This document shows, piece after piece, positions 40,407 to 51,427 of a stretch of 64,000 bases of DNA. This DNA is from Ramazzottius varieornatus (taxonomy: Eukaryota > Animalia > Tardigrada), in NCBI GenBank assembly GCA_001949185.1, contig BDGG01000002.1, positions 7,864,448 through 7,928,447 of the forward strand, written 5' to 3'. The translations under genes were made by a program, and so were the position numbers. The notes under the pieces were generated by a model. That model was not told the DNA's origin and searched no databases. It saw only the letters and a program-made list of their open reading frames with translations. Positions within the stretch are counted from its first letter, which is position 1. Each line of letters opens with the position of its first letter.

Positions 40407-41428
40407 TCATTGTATCATACGCACCGCGAAAGTCAGTGGGTTACTTGTTTCGTTGTTCCGGTCAATTCCTATGACAGAGTAGTATTGTACTGTGGTGGTT
40501 GCAGGTGCGAATGGTTCCAGGTAGACTTCGAGGGTATTGGCATCCACATTGATGTACCGCGTTAAATCCGAGTTGGAACTGCTCGTCGCCGCTAGCAGGA
40601 ATTGTATGGGTCTTGCTCCGAACCCAGCCTACCACGAAAGAGAAAGTTGAGAAATCGTAGTAAATCGTCAAACTCGAAGTCCACTTATTAGGTGATTGAA
40701 AGAACACGCTTAGAAAAATTCGAAGCAATACGCAGGAAGCGGGCAATGACTCGAATCAGGTCGTCATCTCAAGTGGCGCGCTTGTTCCTTGTTGCTGACT
40801 GAGAGCGTGCGCAACTTGGGAAACGATCTGGCTCAGCTCATTCGCATGCGTCCCAAATACTGTATCCATCTGGTGCGACTACAAAAGTGTGGACTTTTTG
40901 TGTGAACAAGAAGCTTCTGGGTTATGGTTTGAAACATTACCGTCATACCGGGACGGTCAGATTGAGTCCGGCGATTGCGGCATAGGCTCCCAAGCATCCG
41001 CTGACACTGAAGGGCGCAGTCAGACCTGCGGTTGCGTTCAGCTGGAAAGTACCGCGGCAAACTCGGCTAGCTGTTGTCACGAAGGCACTGCCACATAAAC
41101 AGCGACTCGGCTTGATGAGAGTAGTATTGGAAGTCCTGCAGGTCGTTCCGTAGTTGAAACATTTCTGACCAATCAGGGAACACGGACATCCATATGTGGA
41201 CTTCATGGTCTGACTGCTGCAGGAAGAGTTTAGCGTGGAGTCGAAGGAAGAATTTCCGAACAAGTCGAACGGCCTGATGCCAAGTGGGACAACACTGAAG
41301 ATCGCCGAAGACAACCAAACCGGGACGACCAAGAGCACGAAATTATTTAAACCTTTCAATTTTAGCTCTACTCGCGAAGTGACTTCTCTGAACATTTTGA
41401 AAATATAGTATGAGGTTTTCAGCTTCAT
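40407..41428 (-). CDS. Cys-rich signal-anchored/secreted protein with a C-terminal beta-rich domain, 2 exons (41428-40949, 40628-40407)
   Basis: Hydrophobic FVLLVVPVWLSSAIFSVV; CPC..C..C..CLC..C module; a phase-0 intron leads to AGFGARPIQFLLA..NPLTFAVRMIQ*. Confidence 0.6.
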
Positions 41429-41657
41429 TAGACTTCTTTTCTGATGATTTCTAGCCTGTTCGGTCCGATCGATGGTGAAGAACTCCTTCGGGCAAGAAGA
41501 TGACCTATTTGAAGTTCAAAAAATCTCATTTCCGCCTCCACTGAAAAAACGGTACCATGATACAGGAAGTAAAACATCGCACTGCAAAACAAGTAAGAAA
41601 TAAACAAATCGCAAAAACGTTCTTTGAAAAAACAAGAAAGATGTGGACTTATTTGAG

Positions 41658-44600
41658 TTATTTCCAGGCGTGCTTGAGTGCTTTGGCATTGGCTAAATTA
41701 CGAACAATCACAGAGGCAACTGTTAGGACCAGCATGACCACCGATAATATCCAGTAGTCAAAACTGTCACTCAGCACGTCAAACAACGCTGACGGCGTTA
41801 CACGCGTAAAACATAAATCTGCAAAAAAATCACCGTTGTCAGACAAAGCCTCGTTGTTTTGTAATAATCCAATTAACGCAAAGAATTTTTTTCTGATATT
41901 TTTCCGTTGTTGGTCCCCTGCTCACATTCGACAATTTTCTGCGACTTTTTCTTACCTAAACCGAATGCAAAAACGAGTGACAGCGACTCCAACCCTGCCA
42001 CTTCCGTCACCATACCGCGTATCCTATACGCCTTCTTGTAGTAATTTATTATATTCTCAGTGACCATCGGTAGTTCGGGAGCGTAAGGGATCAAGCCTTC
42101 CTCCCGCTCAGCCTGCGTGGGTATCATCGGTCTGCGAGGATCAAGCAGGAACTTTGGAATGCGCATAATCGATCCGGACGACAATGCAACTGTAAGAAAG
42201 CCACATTCGCCCTGGATGAATCCGACAAATAACAGCCGGTAAACGAAACGTACAAGATCGTTATTGTAAGTGGCAACGCTTTCAGTGTTATTGGGTGATA
42301 GCGTGCGTCCCTTAGAAAAATGATCATGTCGACTTCCCTGAGTGGCGCACGCTTTCATTCTTAGTGGCGCGAAGAGTACGCCGCTCGAGACGAAAATATT
42401 GAGTGTTTCGTAAACCAACTCCCGGATGATCCTCTTACCGATTATGTCTTTGTAGGTAATGCCTTCCACCGTCACCGAATCTTTCATCGCGTCGACGAAG
42501 CCGGGAAGTCTGAAGGAGGCCGTGGAAATGTTGGGTTTCTCGTGGGACTCCAGTGAGGAGAAGTAGGTCTTGTTGGGCTTGTCGAAGCCTCGGTACATCT
42601 CCACCACATTGATCTCACTCTGCCTGACTTTCTCATTCCAATAAGAAAGCTAATACAGAAAACAGAAAAATGTTTACTGATATTGACGTCCTTGTCGAGG
42701 AGAAATGGCGACTTACCATCAGCCAGTTCTCGGCGTGGATCAGCTGGCAAGGTCCACGAGCTCTTCTGTAAGTCTGACTGATAAGGACACGCCCAGTTAT
42801 TCCATCCATACCGACCATCTTCAAGTAAGCTGTAACAAGAAAGATTACTTTTCTTCCAGGTACTTATGCTGAAGAATGTGGAGAAAAGTCTGTCCGAACA
42901 GCCATGTGGGAGGTCGGCAGACGAAACTCACAAACCCCGTCGCATAAAGCGAAGCGTGTTTTCATTTTTAATAGATAAAGGCGTGCGTCACTTAGAAAAA
43001 CTATCTGGGCGAATTCATTTTCGACGTGCCGAATACCAATCAGTCTGGAAAGTCCACCTTACGTTTCTTAACGTCGTCTAGTCCTTCGACAACTACTGCG
43101 ACCAAGTTAGGGTTGATGTACTTGTAGAGTACTCGGCGATCCGCCAAGACCTTTCCTTGAGAATGTACTGCGTCGTGTGGTCGCTTTGGCGCAACAGCGA
43201 CCACCGATTCGCCATGTGAAACCAATGTGGAATTCCAAAGTTCCACGGCTTTCCAACCCTATCAGGAAAACATCTTTGGCCTTATTTTCTAAAGTTCACA
43301 GATGTTAAGTTGAAACTGAAAAGTTGGCTTGCTTGGTTCATTCGTTTTACTCGGAAGCCTCGAGTAACACCCGTCCTCGGATCGGTATAGAAGATATGTA
43401 AAGTCCTGGTCAGGAACTCTGCAGTCTCGGCAGAGTCGAGAGCGGGATGGATCTCTACGTTCAAATCTTCATCCAGCACGAAGATGGCTTCGAGATGGTC
43501 GTTCGTCATGACGGGAATAAGGCCACTTTGAAGTATCGGACGGTTCATACGGACGGCTGGGCCCAGTTCCTCACCCGTCACACAGTCGAAGAAAAACAAG
43601 ACTCCGTCGCCTGTCTTCTGGAACAAAAAGCTGAGTCAAAATGACTGTGAAAGTTGGGCAAGGAGACTTGACAAGATAGTTTTTTCAAGTGGCGTACGTT
43701 CCCAACCACGAACACAGAACGGTGCGCCACTTGGAAAAACAATCTTGTCAAGTTCCGAAGTGGCGCACGTCATCAGAGCAACTGGCTGACAGAGTGCGCC
43801 ACTTGGGAAAGCGATGTTGTTGAATTTGTTTGGCTTCAGATTTCTGAACGTCCACGAAAAACAGGACAAGACAACAAAATATACAAAAGAAATTGTACCT
43901 TATCAACGCCAACAATCACAGCTTGACTCGGGAATGGCGCATGCGCGCCGGTTCGTTGCAGGTAGAACTGCACAGGACGGTCTTTAGGTGACACAAGATT
44001 TTCTGCTTGGAGCGAGTAGAGAATGTTGCCATTGCGGCTGTCCATACCGACAATCTAAGAGAAGTGATTGTGAATGGTGATCTCAACTGACTGAATGGAT
44101 GGTTGCTTACTTTTCCTTTGCCGGTTATGCCGACGATGATCTTGTGCGTATTAAAGTAGTCTCTTTCCAGCTGGTCCTTCTGGAAGAATTTGCCAGTGCG
44201 GAGGCCCGCTTGCAGTCGTCTGACAATAACCTCCGCGAACTTCTTCAGCTGGAGAGCTTGAGAGAGGAGTCGCTTGGTGAAGCGAACGATGAACGAGCCT
44301 TTTTCCTCGAACTCTTGTTCCACCAACGCTTCGATGTCTGATATGGGCAGATCGACGATGGCGGCTGTCTCGATAGTGGAGAGGGCTTCGTCCCTCTGCC
44401 ACAGTATTTTTCCTGTATCAGAAGAATATTTCAGTTAGTCTGAAAAATATACATCAGCTTGAACTACTGAGGGACAGAACGAGCAGGGCCCAGGCAAGCA
44501 AACGCGACAAGATCCCCTTCCTAAGTGGCGCATCTTTCCGTTGCTATCGGCTTAGCGCGTGCGCCACTTGCGAAACACTCTTGTCAAGATTTCCAGTGGC

Positions 44601-46549
44601 GCACGGGTTCAGCTGATAACGATGTAAAATGCGCCGCTCGAAAAACCGATCTTGTCGAGTTCGTTTGTCGGACTTGCAATTCTGATGTTAATCTGTTTAC
44701 GTCCGCTGAATTATCGTTTCTTCCTCTTTTCTTTTACCTTGAGTGAAGTATCCGATGACATCGCTGTCGCTCCAAAACAGCACGGACGGTTTTGCACAGG
44801 ACGAGTCTTTCCTTGGAATGAAGACAGCTCGCTGGGCGTTACCATACGCGCTGGGAAAACTGAAGGGTTCCGAGGTCAAAGAAACGGTCGTGAATCCACG
44901 AGAATCGAAGGCTGCGGTCCCTAATGTAGCCCGCTTATTGGCGACTTCTAAGGCCAGGACTTCGGTGCCCGAGCAAGAAGTAACGGAGCCAACGAATCTC
45001 TGGACCAGTTTGATTTCGCCATTTGGGTGGATCTGTAGCAAGAGGCTTACTCCACCAGCACTCAGACTGAACAATCCGTCGGTCTCTAGGTTCTGGAGAG
45101 AAACGTTCTTCCCCTCCACTGGAAATTCTCCGAGCTCCTACAGCAGATGATCTCGTTTGAAAGTAAGTATTGATACTAAATGCAGGTGTTCGCCACCTAC
45201 ATGTACTGATATTAGATGAGGTTCTCTACTGCTTTCTCCGCTCGACTGACTTAAAAGTTGTCGCTGGGCTGCATTATAGCATATCACGAAAGGAGAAACC
45301 TGGGACGCAGGCTGTACCAAGCGACACCTGGAATAACAGAGTTCACCTTAAACAATCAAAACAAACAGCTTCACCGGACGAACGAAAGAAAGTATAGTTA
45401 TAAGTTACGAGTCAGATGCTTACTCAGATCTCAAGGGATCTATGCTGACGGATCGTTCGATATCATTCTCCTTGGCTTCGCCGGTTTCGGATGACAGGCG
45501 CTTGATGGTGAGCTTATCCTGGTTGATGCCGACCACGACCAGCTCACCGGAATGTGAAGCGAACGCATAACGTTTAAGGATATTTGGGCTACAATAATAT
45601 CGACATGAGAACGACGACGAAAATTCGCAGTCCACGAAAAGAACACCGAAGTGGACATACCTTCTAACATCCCACAGCGTGTTCTTGGTTTTCGTGTTAA
45701 CAGCATACATTCCATCCGAATTTGCGCACACGATACCTATGATCTTATAGCTTACGTGAAAGAATTCGGAAGAGCAGCTGTATATTTTGTAGTATGCGAA
45801 ATTCGAAAGACTCACGGTTAGCATCCTTGGGCGACTCTGTGGTTTTCGTAATACCGACACAAGAACCGGAATTTCCGCTCTTGCCACCGAACCATTTCTC
45901 CCATTTGAAAGCACCGGTCAGGCTATCGTAACAGCGCAGAGAGCGACCTCGGTTGAGCAGAACGCAAATTTCTGCGAAAAAAAATACAGTAGAGGGCCTC
46001 CCCGGTATGCAGACGAACCAAAACAGCGTTCTTCACCAACTCGCGCATCCATCAGGAAGACACGCTCCTGCCGTCACTTTAACTGCCGACGTCGTGCGTA
46101 TTCATTGTCAGAAACGTACCTTCACCGACCGTCACAGCCGACGAGATCGTCCCGTTCGCGTTATTTTCGAACACCTGTCTCCACGCTGCAAAATTAAACA
46201 AAATTTCAGCACTTCACTTACAAGACCCAATACTAACACTCACCTATTTCTCCGTAGTTGACGTCGATCGCTGCCAGGACATTCTGTTCAGTGTAGGTGT
46301 AGACCAAAGACCGCGACGCACCGCTCTGGCTAGCGGATAATAGCACTTCAATGGGGCGTCCAATAAACTGCAGACTCCTGCAAAAGATTCTCAGGCACCA
46401 TGTCGCACACTACTTTCGAAGACAAAGATCACTTACCAATCGTGCAGTCCAATCTGATCCTCGTGGATCGCCTGGATGACTTTCGCCAAGGAGCAAAGGA
46501 CGATGAGACAGCTGATCACGTTGAGGAGCGATCGCAACTGAGAATCCAT
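41658..46549 (-). CDS. EMC1: ER membrane protein complex subunit 1, many exons
   Basis: Signal peptide then HEDQIGLHDW; VHSQGKVLADRRVLYKYINPNL; HAENW; LLDPRRP..EEGLIPYAPEL; LESLSLVFAFG; FTRVTPSALFDVLSDSFDY..LKHAWK. Confidence 0.95.
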
Positions 46550-46850
46550 TTCGATGAGCAAAGCCCGCGTCTCAATGTAACATCTAGCATATCATTCCGG
46601 CATCCAAAGCTCTTTCAGTCTGAAGTCTGAACTTCGGAGAGGGAAAGACCACCATGATTGGTTGACCGAAGAACTGTAAGTTAAGTTAGATTTTGGCAGT
46701 GATGGACGGATAATTTACCCACAGTGTCAGCCAGGTAAACATTCCGTGCTACTCAGCATGGCTCGCCATATCATGGTAAAGACCCGAAATGGTTCGGATT
46801 GGTGAGATTCAATCGGGGTACCGGAATGTTTACCTGCCGAACACTGTTTA

Positions 46851-47234
46851 CCCAGCCTAATATCAAAAATAATGCAATTGTCTCGTACGACCTGCCAAGA
46901 GAGGCTAAAACTGATAGTTTGGTAATCGGTGCGTAAATCCTGTCTGCACTAATCAGGAGGCCTGATGTTTGAACGACATTCGACACGATTTTTTAAGCCT
47001 GAAAAATTCTGATTGATTGATTTCTGTCTTTCCGTGGGGCTTTAACTTGATGTTGGGAAGCCGTTGCTTGTTTTCCGTATTCCTGTAATGCTTCATGAAC
47101 TTGGCGAAGTGAGTCATCACACGCGCGAAACATCCCTTAGGGAATTGGTAGGGCGAAATTTCCGGACCGGGGTTCAACTGTACGCGTTCATGAAGTTCAT
47201 GAAGCTAGTTCATGAAGCATTACAGTACGCTGGG
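46851..47234. mobile_element. Possible small non-autonomous DNA element (CCCAGC..GCTGGG ends, TA flanks) with internal TTCATGAA repeats
   Basis: TTTACCCAGC (46847-46856) / GCTGGGTAAA (47229-47238); internal 19-bp inverted pair CTGTAATGCTTCATGAACT / AGTTCATGAAGCATTACAG. Confidence 0.35.
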
Positions 47235-47437
47235 TAAATCACCCGTCCAACGCTGCTCTGGTCTCTACTCTCTAGCTCTACTCTGTACATTTTCATCCAG
47301 GTTCCAGAACAATAATTAGTTTTTCGCGCTTCCAGAACACGCACGCTCTCGGGCGGGTTTCCTTTGCGCCCAGCTCCCAGCCACCGATCAGGACATTCAG
47401 GTCGCGGGACACGGTATTGGCTGCTGCCTATCGCGGC

Positions 47438-49671
47438 ATGATGGAAGGCGATTCAAGCACGACTGAGATGGACTCCGTGGACGATGGTCTGGCTGATTCT
47501 CAGTGGGATTTGTTCAGGGAAGCTCTCATCACTGAAGTACGAAAGCATCCTACTCTGTTCGGTCGAAAACACCGGGATACAGCTCGACGGAAGGAAGCGT
47601 GGGTGACTATCGCCGAAACACTGGAACGATTCATGGACGACAGTTCGAACGATAAAGCAATAATGAACTATCCTGATTCCCAGATTCTTTCATCCGCAAT
47701 ATCTTTCCCACAGAAGTAAAACGATCGGAAAATTGCAAGAAGGCTTGGGAGAATCTGAAAACTGCATACTCTCGTGAGCTTAAGATTGAGCTTGAAAGAA
47801 AGGTAAAAGGTTTACCTGAAAAGATGCCGGCGTGGAAATTCTTTCATAGCACAGAGTTCGTCCGACCTATCAAATTCGCAGGTTGGTTGCTTTCTTCTCT
47901 TCCCATCACATATGATGATATTGTTGTTGTACCCAGCTTACCCAGGAGAAACGCGGGTCGGAGGCAATCAGAGAAGAATCCGGAAACAGCACGAATTTCG
48001 AGTGATGAAACCGTGGAGATTGGCGAAAGCGAAGGTCCACCTCCATCTGAGCCTGACATTGGTGATCAACGGGACGACAGCGATCCTTCTTACGAATTCC
48101 CGGAGCCTCTGTGTAATGCTTTTCCTGTGTTAAAGGGTTCAGCGAACTAAGTTGACATTTTTTGAAGTGGCGCAGTGTTTATTGGCTGAAAGCGTGTGCC
48201 ATTGAGAAACGACCTTACCGAGTTCCGTTAAATAGGTTCCATTCGTGTTCTGACGGTATAACGATTTTAACTCTTAGGTCGGTCTTCTCGTCTGGCCGTC
48301 GGTGATGACGATAGTGATCATGGGGAAAACGAAGTAGACACCCAGCACAATAATGACAAAGGTTCTCACTGGAACCGATTCCGAAAAGCTCTGATTCGTG
48401 AAGTACAGAAGCACACAGTTCTGTACGATCAACGCCTGCGACAAGGATGTGACAGTAGAGACAGACGGAAGAAAGCCTGGAGTTCTGCTACGAGAGCGGT
48501 GCGTGGATTCTTGGACGAAAGCCTGAACGGTATTTCTATTCATTTTGATGCTGTGCCCTTATTTGAGAGGTAGGCAATCCAGCTCGGCAAGATTGTTTTC
48601 TCAAGCGGCGCACGTTCTTAGCCGATAACACTGGAAGCTTGCGTCACTTGAGGGAGGAATCTTGTCGAGTTATCTTGTCGATTTCCGTTCTGTTGTTTGG
48701 AAAGGATTAACACAAATGGCTTTTTTCCGGACAGAGGAAGAAAGCGTTGAAGAGTGCAAGAAAAGTTGGGCGCGTTTGAGGATGGCCTTCCATCGAGAAA
48801 TTCAGATCGAGCATCGCAACACGAACAAACCCCAGAAGCAACCATGGAAATTTTTTCACAGCTTGGACTTCCTGTGGCAGGATTGTCGAATTGGAAGGTT
48901 GGTTCTCCCTGTTTTTCTTTTTCGATTTCTCTTTCCGCATGACAACCGTTTGCTTACAGTTCGCAGAAGAGCGATCGGAAGATGAAAGTCCAAAAGCCTA
49001 AACTGTCCGAAAGCAGCAAAGCTGCCCGTTCTGCATCTCCTGACTCTAGTCCTGCCGGCCGAACTCGACCGACCAAGAAACTACGACAGGGGGGTTCGAT
49101 GACAGAAGTAAGAGAAACATCCACTCCCACCCTGCCTGAAGCGGAAACGAATTGTTCGTCTCTACCTGAGCGGGAAGTGGACGAGGAACAGGATAACAGT
49201 GACGCGGCTTTCCAAAAGTCTTCAGGTAACGTTGTTCCTCGATCTCTTAATAAATTACCTGCTAACGATGAAGTGTCAGTATCGAACTTTGAACTTTGTT
49301 TGTCTGTAGGTCGAATATCTCCGAGCAGGGAACCCACAGACACCCTCGAAGAGTACGTTCACTTCCCCAACGATCTCGAAAGAAGGCCATCACCGGTTCG
49401 GCCGTGCCTCCTCCCAATGAGCCTGTACTAGACGAAATGGACTATCAAGGTACTCGTGGTAATATGCTTTCTCGATGATATATCCGAGAAGGTTGCATGT
49501 GGTTTAACGTTTTTGGTGCGAGCTTGGGCATCGCGGATCAAGAATTACGACGCTCGGCAGAGGCGAGCTTTGATGAGGCGTGTGAACGACTGTTTCGATG
49601 ATATGGAGGCCGCCTTCGAACGCTCGGCCACGATTTCATCTTCAAGCGGAGGGAGGTACTTGCCATATTGA
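47438..49671 (+). CDS. Protein with two tandem MADF (Myb/SANT-like) domains and a BESS-like C-terminus; the gene model has irregularities
   Basis: LITEVRKHPTLF..RRKEAWVTIA..CKKAWENLKTAYSRE..WKFFHSTEFV and LIREVQKHTVLYD..RKKAW..CKKSWARLRMAFHRE..WKFFHSLDFL; C-terminal AWASRIKNYDARQRRALMRRVNDCF. Confidence 0.8.
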
Positions 49672-49943
49672 TCTCGTGATGTGCTACGACGCACCGTTAT
49701 GAGTTCATGTGCATTTCATGAAGGCACTTTGATTGTCTGGGCCGCTAAAGTACTTGTGGACGGTACGAGAAAGCAGACGAATAAAACAGATTATTCCCTC
49801 TGACAAGGGGACCTCCAGACCATGTCATACACCGATCATGTTACAAGGTTTCCATAATTTTTTTGAAATTCTTAACGTTCCAAAGTTTTCGTACGTGTAC
49901 TGAAACTTTTGTTCAAATTAGTTCTTGTCAAAAAGTTGGTTTT

Positions 49944-51427
49944 TCAAGGCGTTCTGGGTCGTTGGATGACAGGTGGACGATAGAGGGTCCCCGGCAGGTA
50001 ATAGCGACTGCGCTTGAACTCGGGAATCTTCCCGGCAATCATTACTGTCGTCTTGCCAGTCACCGGTGTGGACTCCACATACACAGCTGCTGGCGGGGTG
50101 GTGGCTGCAGTTGATGTTTTTAGCGTTGCTGTGACCGGACGTTGGCTTGCGGTCGCGTTCATGAAAGAGCTTCCGGCTAGCAGTAGGACCTGCCTGAGGG
50201 TAGTTTCGACCGTTCCTTCCGTGGTTCTCCTTGTCGACTCGGTCGTGGTCGGAGGGGTCGTCAAAGCGGACTGCTGCGTGGCTGAAGACGTCGTCACCAT
50301 CGCCGAAGTCTCTGGTGTAAGCTCTTCGGTAGTGCTGGTCGATATACTTGCCGGTATAGTTTCCTTCGTTGCAATGGTGTTTGGTGGTGGAGCGGCTGTG
50401 GTTGTTGGACTTGTTTCGGTGGCCGATGTCAGGTTCGCCAGCTGCGTCGGTCTTGCCGGTCTAATCTTGAGTACCACTCCTTTCATGTACTTCTCCGGTG
50501 GTGTTATAGGCGCTCGCGTGCTGTGGTCCGTGTCGTTTTCCTCCAGTATCAGTGGGGCAGCAGTGACTACGGCGAGCAGAGAATTGGTTGTGGAGAGGTC
50601 CTCGATGGTGTTAACAGTGGCTTTGGTTGTGGTAGGAGATTTTGTAGGGAAGATGCGAAGTCGGCATTGCTCCCGACGAGCTTCGTCGTCCATGGCAGCC
50701 GGAACACATTCGCGGCTCGTCCTGGAAGAGAACTTGATCGAAAAGACACGATAGAACTGCAAACCCAGGCCACTTGTGACATTGACTCACGCGTCAAAAT
50801 AATGAAAGTCCGGACAGAGTACCGCCTCAGCCTCCCACTGAAACATATATCAATAATAAGCGGTATGCAATTTGCTACATTTACGTAGCTGAGAAAAATG
50901 GATTCAAAAATTTCAAAACACTCGGTATTGTTTCCAGGTCCTGACATACGTTCTGGCAGTGAATGTAGGCGCGGCAGTCGCCGGGATGCGCAAACTTGCC
51001 GTCGGGACCGATGCAAAGATCCCCTAGCCAACGGAACACAGGTGAGCATTAAACTATTGTACCGTTCTGCATTAACAAGCGTTTTGCTGGCTTCTTCATC
51101 ATATTCTTACTGCAGTGGCTGCCGATAGGAACTGGATGTTCGGTCGTCAACTGTGAGTCGTAGCCTATCCTTAGAGTGTCCAAACATGTCCTCTGGTTCG
51201 CTGGTTGATCAAGATCTGCATTGGCCAAATGGTCAGAATCAACCGTTTCTGTTTCCATTGACAAAAAGCATGACGTATTCCAAGAGTTTCACGCATAATG
51301 GTCTTGCAGGCTTACCGGTAACTGAAGATGAAGGCACCTCCTTGTCCGTCGTGTTATCCTCCAGCCCACCGGCTACTGCCAGCAGGAACAAGACGACGCA
51401 CAGGTAAAAAAATCTTCGTTGTACCAT
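49944..51427 (-). CDS. Secreted chitin-binding (CBM14/peritrophin-A) protein with a Thr-rich mucin domain, 5 exons
   Basis: Signal peptide; spliced CIGPDGKFAHPGDCRAYIHCQNWEAEAVLCPDFHYFDATSRECVP..EQC (6 Cys); long Thr/Pro/Ser-rich tail. Confidence 0.85.

Noticed and set aside
50014-50754. 246-aa Val-rich + strand ORF
   Set aside because: Antisense shadow of the Thr-rich mucin exon.
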